Shown one piece after another: positions 9,070-17,937 of a DNA stretch of 64,000 nucleotides. Source of the stretch: Sphingomonadales bacterium (lineage in GTDB: Bacteria > Pseudomonadota > Alphaproteobacteria > Sphingomonadales > Sphingomonadaceae); contig JBBQAG010000001.1 in NCBI GenBank assembly GCA_038315875.1, positions 523 to 64,522 of the forward strand. The letters run 5' to 3'. Positions within the stretch are counted from its first letter, which is position 1. Every line of letters starts with the position of its first letter. Made by a program: the position numbers and the translations under genes. The notes below the pieces were generated by a model. The model searched no databases and was not told where the DNA came from. It worked only from the letters and a program-made list of their open reading frames with translations.

Positions 9070-9139
9070 TGCCCAGGCGATGCGGCTGCAAACCCCGCGC
9101 TCCCCGGTGGTGCTCCACCCGATCGCCAGTTACGCGGTT
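9070..9139 (-). ncRNA. ZMP/ZTP (pfl motif) riboswitch aptamer
   Basis: Minus strand reads AACCGCGUAACUGGCGAUCGGGUGGAGCACCACCGGGGAGCGCGG-GGUUUGCA-GCCGCAUCGCCUGGGCA. P1 CCGCGU/GCGCGG, ACUGGCGA, P2 GGUGG/CCACC, GGGGAGC, P3 GCC/GGC, pseudoknot GGCG/CGCC. Ends 25 nt before the start codon. Confidence 0.9.
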
Positions 9140-9281
9140 ATGCCAATAGGTATCGCTGATTGGGGTCGTTTTCCAGCGTAAAGTCGGGCTGTCGTCCGGT
9201 CCCTTGATGGCACGGCAACACGAAACGTCTGCGTAACGGCTGCGTGCTTTTCAGATTCTTGCCATTATCATCCGCTAGGCC

Positions 9282-10667
9282 ATGCGCCCACTTCCTCAAT
9301 TCGCTGCCGGTTGCGCGATCATGCTTTCCGGATGTGCGCCTGTGCCCCGCATTGCCGTGCCACTAGCGGTGTTGTCGGTTGATTGGAGCCGCGATCCACA
9401 TGATCAAGGCGAGCTGACCAACCGGTCGCTTGCCGACATGCTGGGGTCGTCCGCGCTCGCCGCGCTGATCGATCGGGCGATGATCGCCAGTCCCCCGCTG
9501 ATCGCCGCCCGTGCACGGGTCGATCAGGCGGTGTCGCAGGTGCGTGTCGCGCGGTCGACAGGTCTGCCGCTGGTGTCGGCATCGGCGGGCGGCAGTGCTG
9601 CACGCGTTGGCGGGCGCAGTCCGTTCGATTTCACCAGCAGCTTTGCCGCCCTCGATGCGAGTATTTCGATCGACATTTCGGGCGGCATCCGCGCCGGACG
9701 TCGCGCCGCACGTGATCGCGTGAGTGCTGCCGATCTCGATGCGCAGGCGCTCGCGCTGGAAATCGGCGTGACGATTGCCCGGGTTTATGTCGATCGCGCG
9801 GCATTTCAGGCCAGGCTGAGGCTGATCGATCGCCAGATTGCCGCGACGACCCAGCTCCAGCACCGCATCGAGGCACGGCAGCGTGGCCACGCGCCGACGC
9901 CGATCGCGATCGGACTGCAATTGATCCGAGTCCAGAATCTGATCGCCGAGCGCAGCCGCCTCGATCAGGCGCTCGATCAGACCCGCACCGCGCTGGCCCT
10001 GCTGCTGGGTGAAGAGGCGCCGCGCTTTCGCGCAGTGCCAGCCGATCTTAACGCCTTCGATTACCGGACGACGACGGTACCAAGCCCCTCGCAGTTGCTG
10101 ATCGAGCGTGCCGATATCGCTGCTGCCGAACGTCGTATCGCTGCCGCTGGGGGGGACGTGGCACAAGCGCGCGCGGCCTTTCTGCCCCGGCTGGACCTGT
10201 CGATCAGCCGATCGGCAGAGAATTTCCTGACAGCAGGGCCATTTGCCGGGATGAGCATTGGCGGCGCCTTGCTCGCCCCGATCTTTGGCCGTGGCAGACT
10301 GCGCGGCAATCTCGAATTTGCCACCGCAGGACAGCGCGAGGCGGTCGCCAACTATCGAACGGTGCTGCTATCGGCCTTTTCCGATACCGAAAATGCGCTG
10401 TCGGCAGTTCGTCACGCCCGAGAGCGCGCCGCACTTCTCGCCGATATCGAACAGCGGGCGCTGACGACGGCGTCGCTGGCGGAGCGTCGTTATTTGACCA
10501 GCGGGGGTGATTTCTGGGCGGTAATCAATGTCCAAGACCTGTCGATCGCGGCGCAGGACGCCCGGCTCGTCAGCCTTCAGGAACAGCTCGAAGCGAGCAT
10601 CTCTCTCTACCGAGCGACACGGCGATCAGCGACGGCACCACGATTAGACGATAACCCGACAGACTGA
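9282..10667 (+). CDS. Outer-membrane factor (NodT/OprM/TolC family) lipoprotein
   Basis: Lipobox LSGC; two OEP-like repeats; signature PSQLLIERADIAAAERRIAAA...ARAAFLPRLDL. Confidence 0.85.
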   Translation: MRPLPQFAAGCAIMLSGCAPVPRIAVPLAVLSVDWSRDPHDQGELTNRSLADMLGSSALAALIDRAMIASPPLIAARARVDQAVSQVRVARSTGLPLVSASAGGSAARVGGRSPFDFTSSFAALDASISIDISGGIRAGRRAARDRVSAADLDAQALALEIGVTIARVYVDRAAFQARLRLIDRQIAATTQLQHRIEARQRGHAPTPIAIGLQLIRVQNLIAERSRLDQALDQTRTALALLLGEEAPRFRAVPADLNAFDYRTTTVPSPSQLLIERADIAAAERRIAAAGGDVAQARAAFLPRLDLSISRSAENFLTAGPFAGMSIGGALLAPIFGRGRLRGNLEFATAGQREAVANYRTVLLSAFSDTENALSAVRHARERAALLADIEQRALTTASLAERRYLTSGGDFWAVINVQDLSIAAQDARLVSLQEQLEASISLYRATRRSATAPRLDDNPTD

Positions 10668-10786
10668 ACGTCGCCGGCGGCGCGGCGCACTGGCATTTGC
10701 GGCACCTGCGGTTAGGATGCCGTCGATGCATACCGAGCGGCCGTCGCGGTCGATCATGCGATAATGACTGCGGGGCTTGGCGGATT

Positions 10787-11461
10787 TTGAATTACTGGCT
10801 GCTCGCGGGAATCGGCGTCGTCATTCTGGGCTTTGCGCTCCGGCTCAATCCGCTGCTGGTGGTTGCGGCGGCGGCAGGGGCGACAGGGCTGGCTGCGGGG
10901 ATGGCACCGCTTGCGATCATTGCGGCGTTCGGCAAATCCTTCAACGACAGCCGCTTCGTCACGATCATCTATATCCTGCTGCCCGTCGTCGGCTTGCTCG
11001 AACGGTACGGGCTGCAGCAGCGCGCGCGGACGGTGATCGGCGGCATCAAGGGCGCATCGGTCGGGCGGCTGCTGATCGCCTATATGCTGTTCCGCCAGAT
11101 AACTTCGGCGCTGGGGCTCATCTCAATCGCAGGCCCTGCCCAGACCGTGCGGCCGCTGGTCGCGCCAATGGCAGAGGCAGCGGCCGAGCGTGATCATGGC
11201 GATATCGATAATGCCACCCGGCAAAAGGTAAAGGCGTTTGCCGCGGCGAGCGACACGATCGGGCTCCTGTTCGGCGAAGATCTGTTCGTCGCGATTGGAT
11301 CGATCCTGCTGATCATTGGCTTTTTGAAGCAGAACGGCATCGAACTCGCGCCCTTCGAGCTTTCTGTCTGGGCGATCCCCAGCGCAATTGCGGCTTTCGC
11401 TGTCCACGGGCTACGCTTGCTGCTGCTCGACAGGGCATTGGCGAAGGCGCCGCGCCGATGA
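10787..11461 (+). CDS. DUF969 family membrane protein (predicted 5-oxoproline transporter subunit)
   Basis: Probable TTG start 10787 (NYWLLAGIGVVILGFALRLNPLLVV); LLERYGL, GPAQTVRPLVAPMAEAAA, GLLFGEDLFVA. Confidence 0.85.
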   Translation: MNYWLLAGIGVVILGFALRLNPLLVVAAAAGATGLAAGMAPLAIIAAFGKSFNDSRFVTIIYILLPVVGLLERYGLQQRARTVIGGIKGASVGRLLIAYMLFRQITSALGLISIAGPAQTVRPLVAPMAEAAAERDHGDIDNATRQKVKAFAAASDTIGLLFGEDLFVAIGSILLIIGFLKQNGIELAPFELSVWAIPSAIAAFAVHGLRLLLLDRALAKAPRR

Positions 11462-12399
11462 TCGGTCTGCCCGCGCTCTATGGCCTTGCCGGGCTGATTT
11501 TTGTCGGCTTCGCGATGATGAACGCGCGCGATGCGAGCAACCAAAAGCGGCTGGGGAATGGCGCCTTTTGGGGCTTGATCGCGGTCAGCTTTCTGCTCGG
11601 CGACTGGCTCGGAGATATCGGCAATGGTTTTCTCGCGCTGGGGCTGGTCGTGCTGGCGGGGTTCCGGCTGCTCGGGCGCGGCAGCCAACCGACGACGACT
11701 ACGCAGGAACGCAAAGAGAGCGCCGCGCTGCTTGGCAACCGCCTGTTTCTGCCAGCACTCATCGTGCCCGTCTGTGCGCTGCTTGGCACCGTGTTTCTGA
11801 AGGACAGCGGCCTGGTCGATCCCAAGCAGGTGACGTTGGTATCGCTCGGCGCGGGCGTGCTGATCGCGCTCGCGGTCTGCTATGCCTGGCTCAGGCCGCC
11901 GCTGCTCGCGCCGATCGACGAAGGTCGGCGGCTGATGGATTCGGTCGGCTGGGCAGCCGTTTTGCCACAGATGTTGGCCTCGCTCGGCGCCTTGTTCGCC
12001 TTGGCAGGGGTTGGGCAGGTGGTGGGGGCGCTGGCGGGCATGGCGATTCCACCAGGTAATCTGTTCGTCGCGGTATCGGTCTACGCGCTTGGCATGGCGA
12101 TGTTCACGATGCTGATGGGCAACGCTTTTGCCGCCTTCCCGATCATGACGGCGGCGATTGGCTTGCCCATTCTCGTCGGCGGCTTTCACGGCGATCCAGC
12201 GATCATCTGTGCGATCGGGATGCTTGCCGGCTTTTGCGGCACGCTGATGACGCCGATGGCCGCCAATTTCAACATCGTGCCGGCTGCATTGCTCGAACTC
12301 GACGATCAGAATGCGGTGATCAAGGCGCAGATCGGCACGGCGGTGCCGATGCTCGTGATCAACCTGCTGCTCATCTATTTCCTGGGGTTCAAGCAATGA
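11458..12399 (+). CDS. DUF979 family membrane protein (predicted 5-oxoproline transporter subunit)
   Basis: GWAAVLPQMLASLG, MGNAFAAFP, GTLMTPMAANFNIVPAALLEL, VIKAQIGTA; coupled to DUF969 by ATGA. Confidence 0.88.
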   Translation: MIGLPALYGLAGLIFVGFAMMNARDASNQKRLGNGAFWGLIAVSFLLGDWLGDIGNGFLALGLVVLAGFRLLGRGSQPTTTTQERKESAALLGNRLFLPALIVPVCALLGTVFLKDSGLVDPKQVTLVSLGAGVLIALAVCYAWLRPPLLAPIDEGRRLMDSVGWAAVLPQMLASLGALFALAGVGQVVGALAGMAIPPGNLFVAVSVYALGMAMFTMLMGNAFAAFPIMTAAIGLPILVGGFHGDPAIICAIGMLAGFCGTLMTPMAANFNIVPAALLELDDQNAVIKAQIGTAVPMLVINLLLIYFLGFKQ

Positions 12400-13382
12400 T
12401 CGATTCAGCGATCGCCAGCCGCTTTGCCGAGATCGCGCTTGGCCATGTTACGCGCGAGTATCCCAACAAGCTTGATCACGCGATGATCAATCCTGCAGAC
12501 GTGCAGGGCCCACGCGCGCTGCATCCGATCTTTTTCGGCAGCTATGATTGGCATAGCTGCGTCCATGGCTATTGGCTGCTGCTGCGGGTGCGGCGTGACT
12601 TTCCCGATATGGCGATCAACGCGCGGATCGAGGCGCTGGTCGCCGAAATGGTGACGGCGGCCAATGTCGAGGCCGAGCGCGCCTATCTCGATAGACCAAG
12701 TTCGGGCGGGTTCGAGCGGCCCTATGGTTGGGCATGGATGCTCGCGCTGCACGGCGAGGCGGCGCTGTCCGATCGGGGCGACTGGGCGGCATTGCTCGAA
12801 CCACTTGCACGCGCCTTTGCCGAACGGTTCAAACAGCATCTGCCCAAGCTCACCTATCCAATCCGCGTGGGCGCGCATGCCAATACCGCCTTCGCCATGA
12901 TCCTCGCGCGGCGATGGGCAGTTGCGCACGATATCGCGCTGCTCGACCTGATCGATGCTCGGGCGCGCGATTATTATGCCAATGACCGCGATTGCCAGGC
13001 CTGGGAGCCAGGCGGAGACGAGTTCCTGTCGTCTGCGCTGACCGAGGCCCATTGCATGGCGCGCATTCTGGGGCCCCAGGCATTCCGCGCCTGGTTTGCT
13101 GAATTCCTGCCGCGTTTTGCAGAAGGGCACCCCGCCAGCCTGTTCACGCCGGCGACCGTTTCCGATCGATCGGATGGCAAGATCGCCCATCTCGATGGCT
13201 GCAATCTGAGCCGTGCCTGGTGCCTGCGGGCAATCGCCGGCGCGCTGAACCCGGCAGAGGCGGCGGTCGCCCTCCGATCGGCCGAGCGTCATGCCGCTGC
13301 CTCGCTGAACCAGGTCGCCGGCGATTATATGGGCGAACATTGGCTGGCGACCTTCGCCCTGCTGGCTCTCCTGTCCGAATAA
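12396..13382 (+). CDS. DUF2891 family protein
   Basis: ATG 12396 (ATGA). REYPNKLDH, LHPIFFGSYDWHSCVHGYW, FERPYGWAW, HLDGCNLSRAW, YMGEHWLATFA. Confidence 0.85.
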   Translation: MIDSAIASRFAEIALGHVTREYPNKLDHAMINPADVQGPRALHPIFFGSYDWHSCVHGYWLLLRVRRDFPDMAINARIEALVAEMVTAANVEAERAYLDRPSSGGFERPYGWAWMLALHGEAALSDRGDWAALLEPLARAFAERFKQHLPKLTYPIRVGAHANTAFAMILARRWAVAHDIALLDLIDARARDYYANDRDCQAWEPGGDEFLSSALTEAHCMARILGPQAFRAWFAEFLPRFAEGHPASLFTPATVSDRSDGKIAHLDGCNLSRAWCLRAIAGALNPAEAAVALRSAERHAAASLNQVAGDYMGEHWLATFALLALLSE

Positions 13383-13408
13383 GATCCTCGATCAGCGCGA
13401 CGCGCGAT

Positions 13409-13426
13409 AATTTGTCCGGACATATT
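13409..13426. promoter_or_regulatory. Palindromic operator copy 1 (AATTTGTCCGGACATATT)
   Basis: 18-bp near-perfect palindrome abutting a plausible -35 TTGCAT (13426-13431), 16-nt spacer, -10 TAGCCT (13448-13453), upstream of the DUF1838-like gene. Confidence 0.75.
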
Positions 13427-13487
13427 TGCATTTTTCCGCGAACGCGCTAGCCTTGGCAACATCGCACAAGCTGCATTGGGGGATAGC

Positions 13488-14381
13488 ATGATCCGTTCGC
13501 TTCTGTTGGCCGTCAGCGTTGCCGCCATTTCACTCGCTGCGCCCGCCGCTGCCCGTCAGCTCGATCCCAATGTGCCCGCCGATGCGCTCGAGATCAGCAA
13601 GCGCACACAGTGCGGTGCAAAGGATGGCGAGCCAGCGGTATATCATTGGTCGGGCAAGGTTTATTCCAGGATTGAGGGCGAGCCAGACAAGCTGCTGTTC
13701 CTTGGCGAGGGGATGAATATCCGCCAGTGCGTCGCTGTCGACGATGCCAAGCGGGGCAAGGGCTATCGGCAGGTCAGTCGTGAAGTCATGCTGTTTCTCG
13801 ATCCCAAAACGGGGGAGATTGCGCGCCAATGGGCAAATCCCTGGACCGGTGAAACGCTGCCCGTCGGCCATATCGCCAATGATCCTGTCAACGGCCGGCC
13901 GAGCTTTCCGATCGGCGCTGACGGCAAACCCTATACCGTGACGATCAATCGGATGGGTGCCTGGGCGCAGATGCCCGTCGAAGTGCCGCTATTCTACGAA
14001 AACCCCCTTGGCGGCGATTATCAGGATTATGTCGGCAACAAATATCACGCGATGGAAATCTTCGATTTCGCCGCGCGCGCTGACGAACTGCTCGATACCA
14101 AATACCCCACCGCCTATCCCTCGGTATCTTGGGTGCGGATTTCCGATTGGATGCCGTGGATGAAGATGCGCGGCCGCCACGGCAACATTGTCTTCAACGC
14201 GATGGGCGCCAAGCTGAAAAACTTCGATGAATTGCCCAAGCTGCTGAAGGATGAGATCGCCAAGAACTATCCGGCCTGGACGTCGCCCCCGCCCGGCGAT
14301 GATGCGCGGCCCAACGATACGACCTGGACGGTGTTCAAGAAACAGATCGACTCCAGCCGCAAGGCAGCCGCCGGTAAATAA
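13488..14381 (+). CDS. Secreted DUF1838-like protein
   Basis: Signal peptide MIRSLLLAVSVAAISLAAPAAA; VYHWSGKVYSR...LFLGEGMNIRQC, QWANPWTGE, HIANDPVN, SWVRISDWMPWM. Confidence 0.75.
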   Translation: MIRSLLLAVSVAAISLAAPAAARQLDPNVPADALEISKRTQCGAKDGEPAVYHWSGKVYSRIEGEPDKLLFLGEGMNIRQCVAVDDAKRGKGYRQVSREVMLFLDPKTGEIARQWANPWTGETLPVGHIANDPVNGRPSFPIGADGKPYTVTINRMGAWAQMPVEVPLFYENPLGGDYQDYVGNKYHAMEIFDFAARADELLDTKYPTAYPSVSWVRISDWMPWMKMRGRHGNIVFNAMGAKLKNFDELPKLLKDEIAKNYPAWTSPPPGDDARPNDTTWTVFKKQIDSSRKAAAGK

Positions 14382-14386
14382 GGGCA

Positions 14387-15136
14387 TTATTTCGGCGGCG
14401 CGAACAACGCCTCATCGATGGGGGCGTTGACCTTGGTCTGGGTCCAGAACACTTCGTTGGCCTTCACGCCGTCATAATAGAGCGTGACGTGCCGCGCCTG
14501 AAGCCAGCGCGGATTTTTGAGCGTGACGAAATCGTCATAGATGCGGACGTGCCAGCCCTTGGGCGTTGCAAAGCCCATCGTTCGGATCGCGTAGCTCCGC
14601 TGGTCAATGCCAAACAACGTGCTGCCCCCGCTCGGATCGGTGAGGCGGACCATGTAAAGCGCGTGGCCATCGATCCGGTCATCGGGCACGCGCTCAGCCT
14701 TGAAGCCGGCGTCGGCGGCGTGGCGGATGATGCCGAAGCCGAAGTTGTTCGCCCAATAAGCATCGGCCTCCGCCTTTGGGACCAGACCGCGCTCGTTCCA
14801 TGTCGTGGCGCCATCATAGCCAATCGTGAACAGCGGCTTGCCCTTTGCGAGGGCGACGATCCGCACTTTGCCCTCGGCAGCGTGGGAGACTTCGCGACCC
14901 GGATCATAGACCCGCCACATCCGGTAATCGTCCGCGGTCGATCGTGGTGCGGCGCCTGAGGGACCGTAGAAGATCGCATTGCCGGATAGCGTGAGCGTCT
15001 TTGCCTTCGCCCAAGCCTCGCCACCTGCAGCCTCAGTTGCGCGCGCCAGGATCGTTCGTCCGTCGATCATCGCCTGCGCCGAAGCCGAGACCGGGACGGA
15101 AACGATCAGCGCAAGAGCGATGGTGCGCCTGATCAT
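14387..15136 (-). CDS. Secreted hypothetical protein (beta-rich, possibly LolA-like fold)
   Basis: SD GAAAGGA then ATG 15136; signal peptide MIRRTIALALIVSVPVSASA; ILARATEAAGGEAW; ends NAPIDEALFAPPK. Confidence 0.7.
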   Translation of the reverse strand: MIRRTIALALIVSVPVSASAQAMIDGRTILARATEAAGGEAWAKAKTLTLSGNAIFYGPSGAAPRSTADDYRMWRVYDPGREVSHAAEGKVRIVALAKGKPLFTIGYDGATTWNERGLVPKAEADAYWANNFGFGIIRHAADAGFKAERVPDDRIDGHALYMVRLTDPSGGSTLFGIDQRSYAIRTMGFATPKGWHVRIYDDFVTLKNPRWLQARHVTLYYDGVKANEVFWTQTKVNAPIDEALFAPPK

Positions 15137-15151
15137 CTTGGCATCCTTTCT

Positions 15152-15190
15152 AAAAAAAGAGCTCCCGTCGGCCTTTGCCGAGGGGAGCTC
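15152..15190 (-). terminator. Rho-independent terminator after the TonB-dependent receptor gene
   Basis: Minus strand GAGCTCCCCTCGGC-AAAG-GCCGACGGGAGCTC followed by T7. Confidence 0.85.
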
Positions 15191-15212
15191 AAGGCCATGG
15201 TATTCCAATCAA

Positions 15213-17867
15213 TCAGAAGTTGAACGTCGCCTCTACGCCAAAGGTGCGGCCCTTGCGCAACGCAGTGAAAAAGGCCCGTGGCGCGCCGGTTTCGATCTGC
15301 GCCGGGCGGCCGTCAAAAGTGACCGTGGCTGCAGCGGGCAATCCGGTCGTCCCCGCGCCGTAGCGATAATCGAACCAGCGCGTGGCAAGTGGCGCTGAGC
15401 TCTCGTCGGTCAGGTTACGGACAAAGCCGGCAATGCTGAACTGGCCCGAACGGATGCCGATCCGGCTGTTGGCGACGAAAGCATCGCCAACGCTTGCCAG
15501 ATTGTCGACCTGCACGAACTTGTGCGCTTCATAGCTGAAATTGGTGTTCGCCCAGAGCGACAAATTGCCCCGGAGCGGCACCGTGTAAGTAGCGTTGCCA
15601 TTGACGGTGACGGGAGAGCCGAGCGGCAGCGTCTTGCCTGAGATGCTGCACAGCGGCGCTGCGGCAGCGGTTGGGTTGCGGGTATCGAAATTGGGTCGCA
15701 GCCCACCTGAGTTGAGGATGAACTGATCCGCATCACAGCCCGAGGTGAAGCGTGCATCCACGAACGAGAAGCCGAAGCCAAGGTTCAACCGATCGCTTGG
15801 CGCCGCCTGGACTTCGAGTTCAAAGCCGCTGGTGCGCGCATTGCCCTGGTTGGTGACGATCGACGTGATCGCCCCGGTCCCATTGGGGTTCGGGATCGCT
15901 GTCGTCAGCTGGACATCGGTCAATTGCGTCGTGAAGGCCGAGAACTGAACCCGAAGGCGATTGTCGATCAGCGAAAATTTCGTGCCGATTTCGAACCCTT
16001 CGGATTTTTCCGCCAGATAGTTGACGAAATTCTGCCCGGTCTGAGTGCTCGCCGTCACGCCGGCACCGCCATTGAAGCCGCTTGGTTTGCGGCCTTGAGC
16101 GTATATGCCGTACAACAAGAGGCCGCCGGGCGTGGTGTAGTTGATCGTGACGCGCGGCGTCGTGCCGGTGTCCTTGTTCTCTGGCAGACAATTGGCGGTG
16201 GTGAATGTGCCGAACACGTTGCTCGTGCCGGCATAGCCCGCGCAGAACAGCGGTGCCGACGCGAAATCAAGCGATTTGCGCGTTTCCTCGGCATAGCGGA
16301 CTTCGCCGGTGATCGACAGGTTCTTGGTGATATCCCAGGTCAGCAGCCCGAAGACCGCCATGTTTTCCAGCTCGTTGCGGTTCGAACCGATTGCGCCGAG
16401 CGGATCACCGACGATTGGATTGGCGAAGGTGAGATCGCGCCCATCGGTTTTCTGCTTGAAATAATAGCCGCCAATCAGGCCGTGGACGGGATAGGTGGTT
16501 GGCGACGCGATCCGGATTTCCTGGCTGAAATCATAGCCGTCGTTGCGCGTGGTGTTGGCAAAGGCAGGTTCGGTGACCAGCGGATTGGGCGCAGTACCGC
16601 CGATCGCGGGATTGGTGTTGAAGTAGAAAAACGACTCGCTGTGATCGGAATCGGTACCGAACAGGTTATTGTTCGCTCGATATCCCGAAAGGCTCGAAAA
16701 GACGAAGCCAGAGCCAAGAATATCCCAGTCGACGATCGCCGTGCCGTAATATTGATCGTTCTGGATGCCGTCAAAAGCGGTGCCGTCATAAACACCGCTG
16801 ATCGTCGGCGTACGAAAATTTGGCGGCTGGCCGGTAAAGCCAGGGATCGTCACCGCGATTGGATCGGTATTCAGGCGGATATTGTTCGGCTGCGGCTTGA
16901 TGGTGCCGCAGAAATACTGGTTCGTATTCGTCGACGTGCCAAGCGTTGCCGGGATGTAGGGCAGCGCACTGGAAACGGTCCGATAGCGCGCAGAACGGAA
17001 GCCGGGTGCGCAATTATTGTCGGCCGCCCCTTGCAGGAACAGCGCCAATGGTCCGTCGCGGTTCTGCTGATATTGGCCGCGCAGCCGGATCTTGAGGTCG
17101 TCGCTCGGGGTGAAGTTGAGCAGCGCATAGAACGAGTCGGTGCGCTCATTACCCACCTTTCGGCCCGTCAGCTGGTTGGTATATTGACCGCCATATTCAT
17201 AATGACGCCCGCCAACGCGAAATCCGAGCAGACCGGGAATGATCTGTCCGGAAATAGACGCCGACACCGTGTATTCCTTATACTCGGCAACCGAAGCACG
17301 GCCCGATACCGTGAGATGCTCGGTCGGGTCCTTGGTGATGAAGTTGATCGCGCCAGCATAGGTATTGCGACCGTAGAGCGCCGATTGCGGCCCCTTGATC
17401 ACTTCGACGCGCTGCAGCGATTCGGGATCGAAGCCCTGGATGTCGCCCTGATAGTAAATGCCATCGACGAAATAGGCAGCGCCCGATTCGACGCCGAACT
17501 GGACGTTGGCGAGCACGTTGGAGGCGCCGCGGACTACCGGGCGATCAGAGGAGCGACCGAACGCCTGGCTGAAGCTGATACCCGTCGCCTGCTTGGCGAA
17601 ATCATCGATGCTGTTCAGGCCGAGTGTCCGGATTTTCGCATCCGACAGCACCGACACTGACACTGGCGCCTTTTCGATGCTTTCTTGAATTTTGCGCGCG
17701 GTGACGATGATGTCTTCAAGGCCAGACTGGCCTGCCGGCATCTCCTCGACGGCCGGCGCTGCCGATGTCGTAGCCGGCGCCTGCTGCGCCGATGCAGCAC
17801 CCGGCATCATCGCAACGGAGCCCAAGGCCGTTGCCGCCATCAGCGCAATTCGAGTTACCCCCCGCAT
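15213..17867 (-). CDS. TonB-dependent receptor
   Basis: Signal peptide; EDIIVTARK; plug motif YFVDGIY...RVEVIKGPQSALYGRNTYAGAINFITK; beta-barrel; C-terminal GRTFGVEATFNF. Confidence 0.95.
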   Translation of the reverse strand: MRGVTRIALMAATALGSVAMMPGAASAQQAPATTSAAPAVEEMPAGQSGLEDIIVTARKIQESIEKAPVSVSVLSDAKIRTLGLNSIDDFAKQATGISFSQAFGRSSDRPVVRGASNVLANVQFGVESGAAYFVDGIYYQGDIQGFDPESLQRVEVIKGPQSALYGRNTYAGAINFITKDPTEHLTVSGRASVAEYKEYTVSASISGQIIPGLLGFRVGGRHYEYGGQYTNQLTGRKVGNERTDSFYALLNFTPSDDLKIRLRGQYQQNRDGPLALFLQGAADNNCAPGFRSARYRTVSSALPYIPATLGTSTNTNQYFCGTIKPQPNNIRLNTDPIAVTIPGFTGQPPNFRTPTISGVYDGTAFDGIQNDQYYGTAIVDWDILGSGFVFSSLSGYRANNNLFGTDSDHSESFFYFNTNPAIGGTAPNPLVTEPAFANTTRNDGYDFSQEIRIASPTTYPVHGLIGGYYFKQKTDGRDLTFANPIVGDPLGAIGSNRNELENMAVFGLLTWDITKNLSITGEVRYAEETRKSLDFASAPLFCAGYAGTSNVFGTFTTANCLPENKDTGTTPRVTINYTTPGGLLLYGIYAQGRKPSGFNGGAGVTASTQTGQNFVNYLAEKSEGFEIGTKFSLIDNRLRVQFSAFTTQLTDVQLTTAIPNPNGTGAITSIVTNQGNARTSGFELEVQAAPSDRLNLGFGFSFVDARFTSGCDADQFILNSGGLRPNFDTRNPTAAAAPLCSISGKTLPLGSPVTVNGNATYTVPLRGNLSLWANTNFSYEAHKFVQVDNLASVGDAFVANSRIGIRSGQFSIAGFVRNLTDESSAPLATRWFDYRYGAGTTGLPAAATVTFDGRPAQIETGAPRAFFTALRKGRTFGVEATFNF

Positions 17868-17925
17868 CGACTATCTCCCCCGAGTTTAAATCCCTTGTCA
17901 TGTAGACTTTCATTCCGGCATAAAC

Positions 17926-17937
17926 TTGTCCAGACAA
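17926..17937. promoter_or_regulatory. Palindromic operator copy 2 (TTGTCCAGACAA)
   Basis: About 59 nt upstream of the receptor start; extra CTTGTC half-sites at 17894 and 17940. Confidence 0.75.

Noticed and set aside
9204-9246. ECF-type promoter for the OMF gene
   Set aside because: The best match is GAAAC-N17-GTG, mismatched in both boxes; too weak.
15924-17660. 578-aa plus-strand ORF
   Set aside because: Antisense shadow of the TonB-dependent receptor in stop-poor GC-rich DNA; no motifs.
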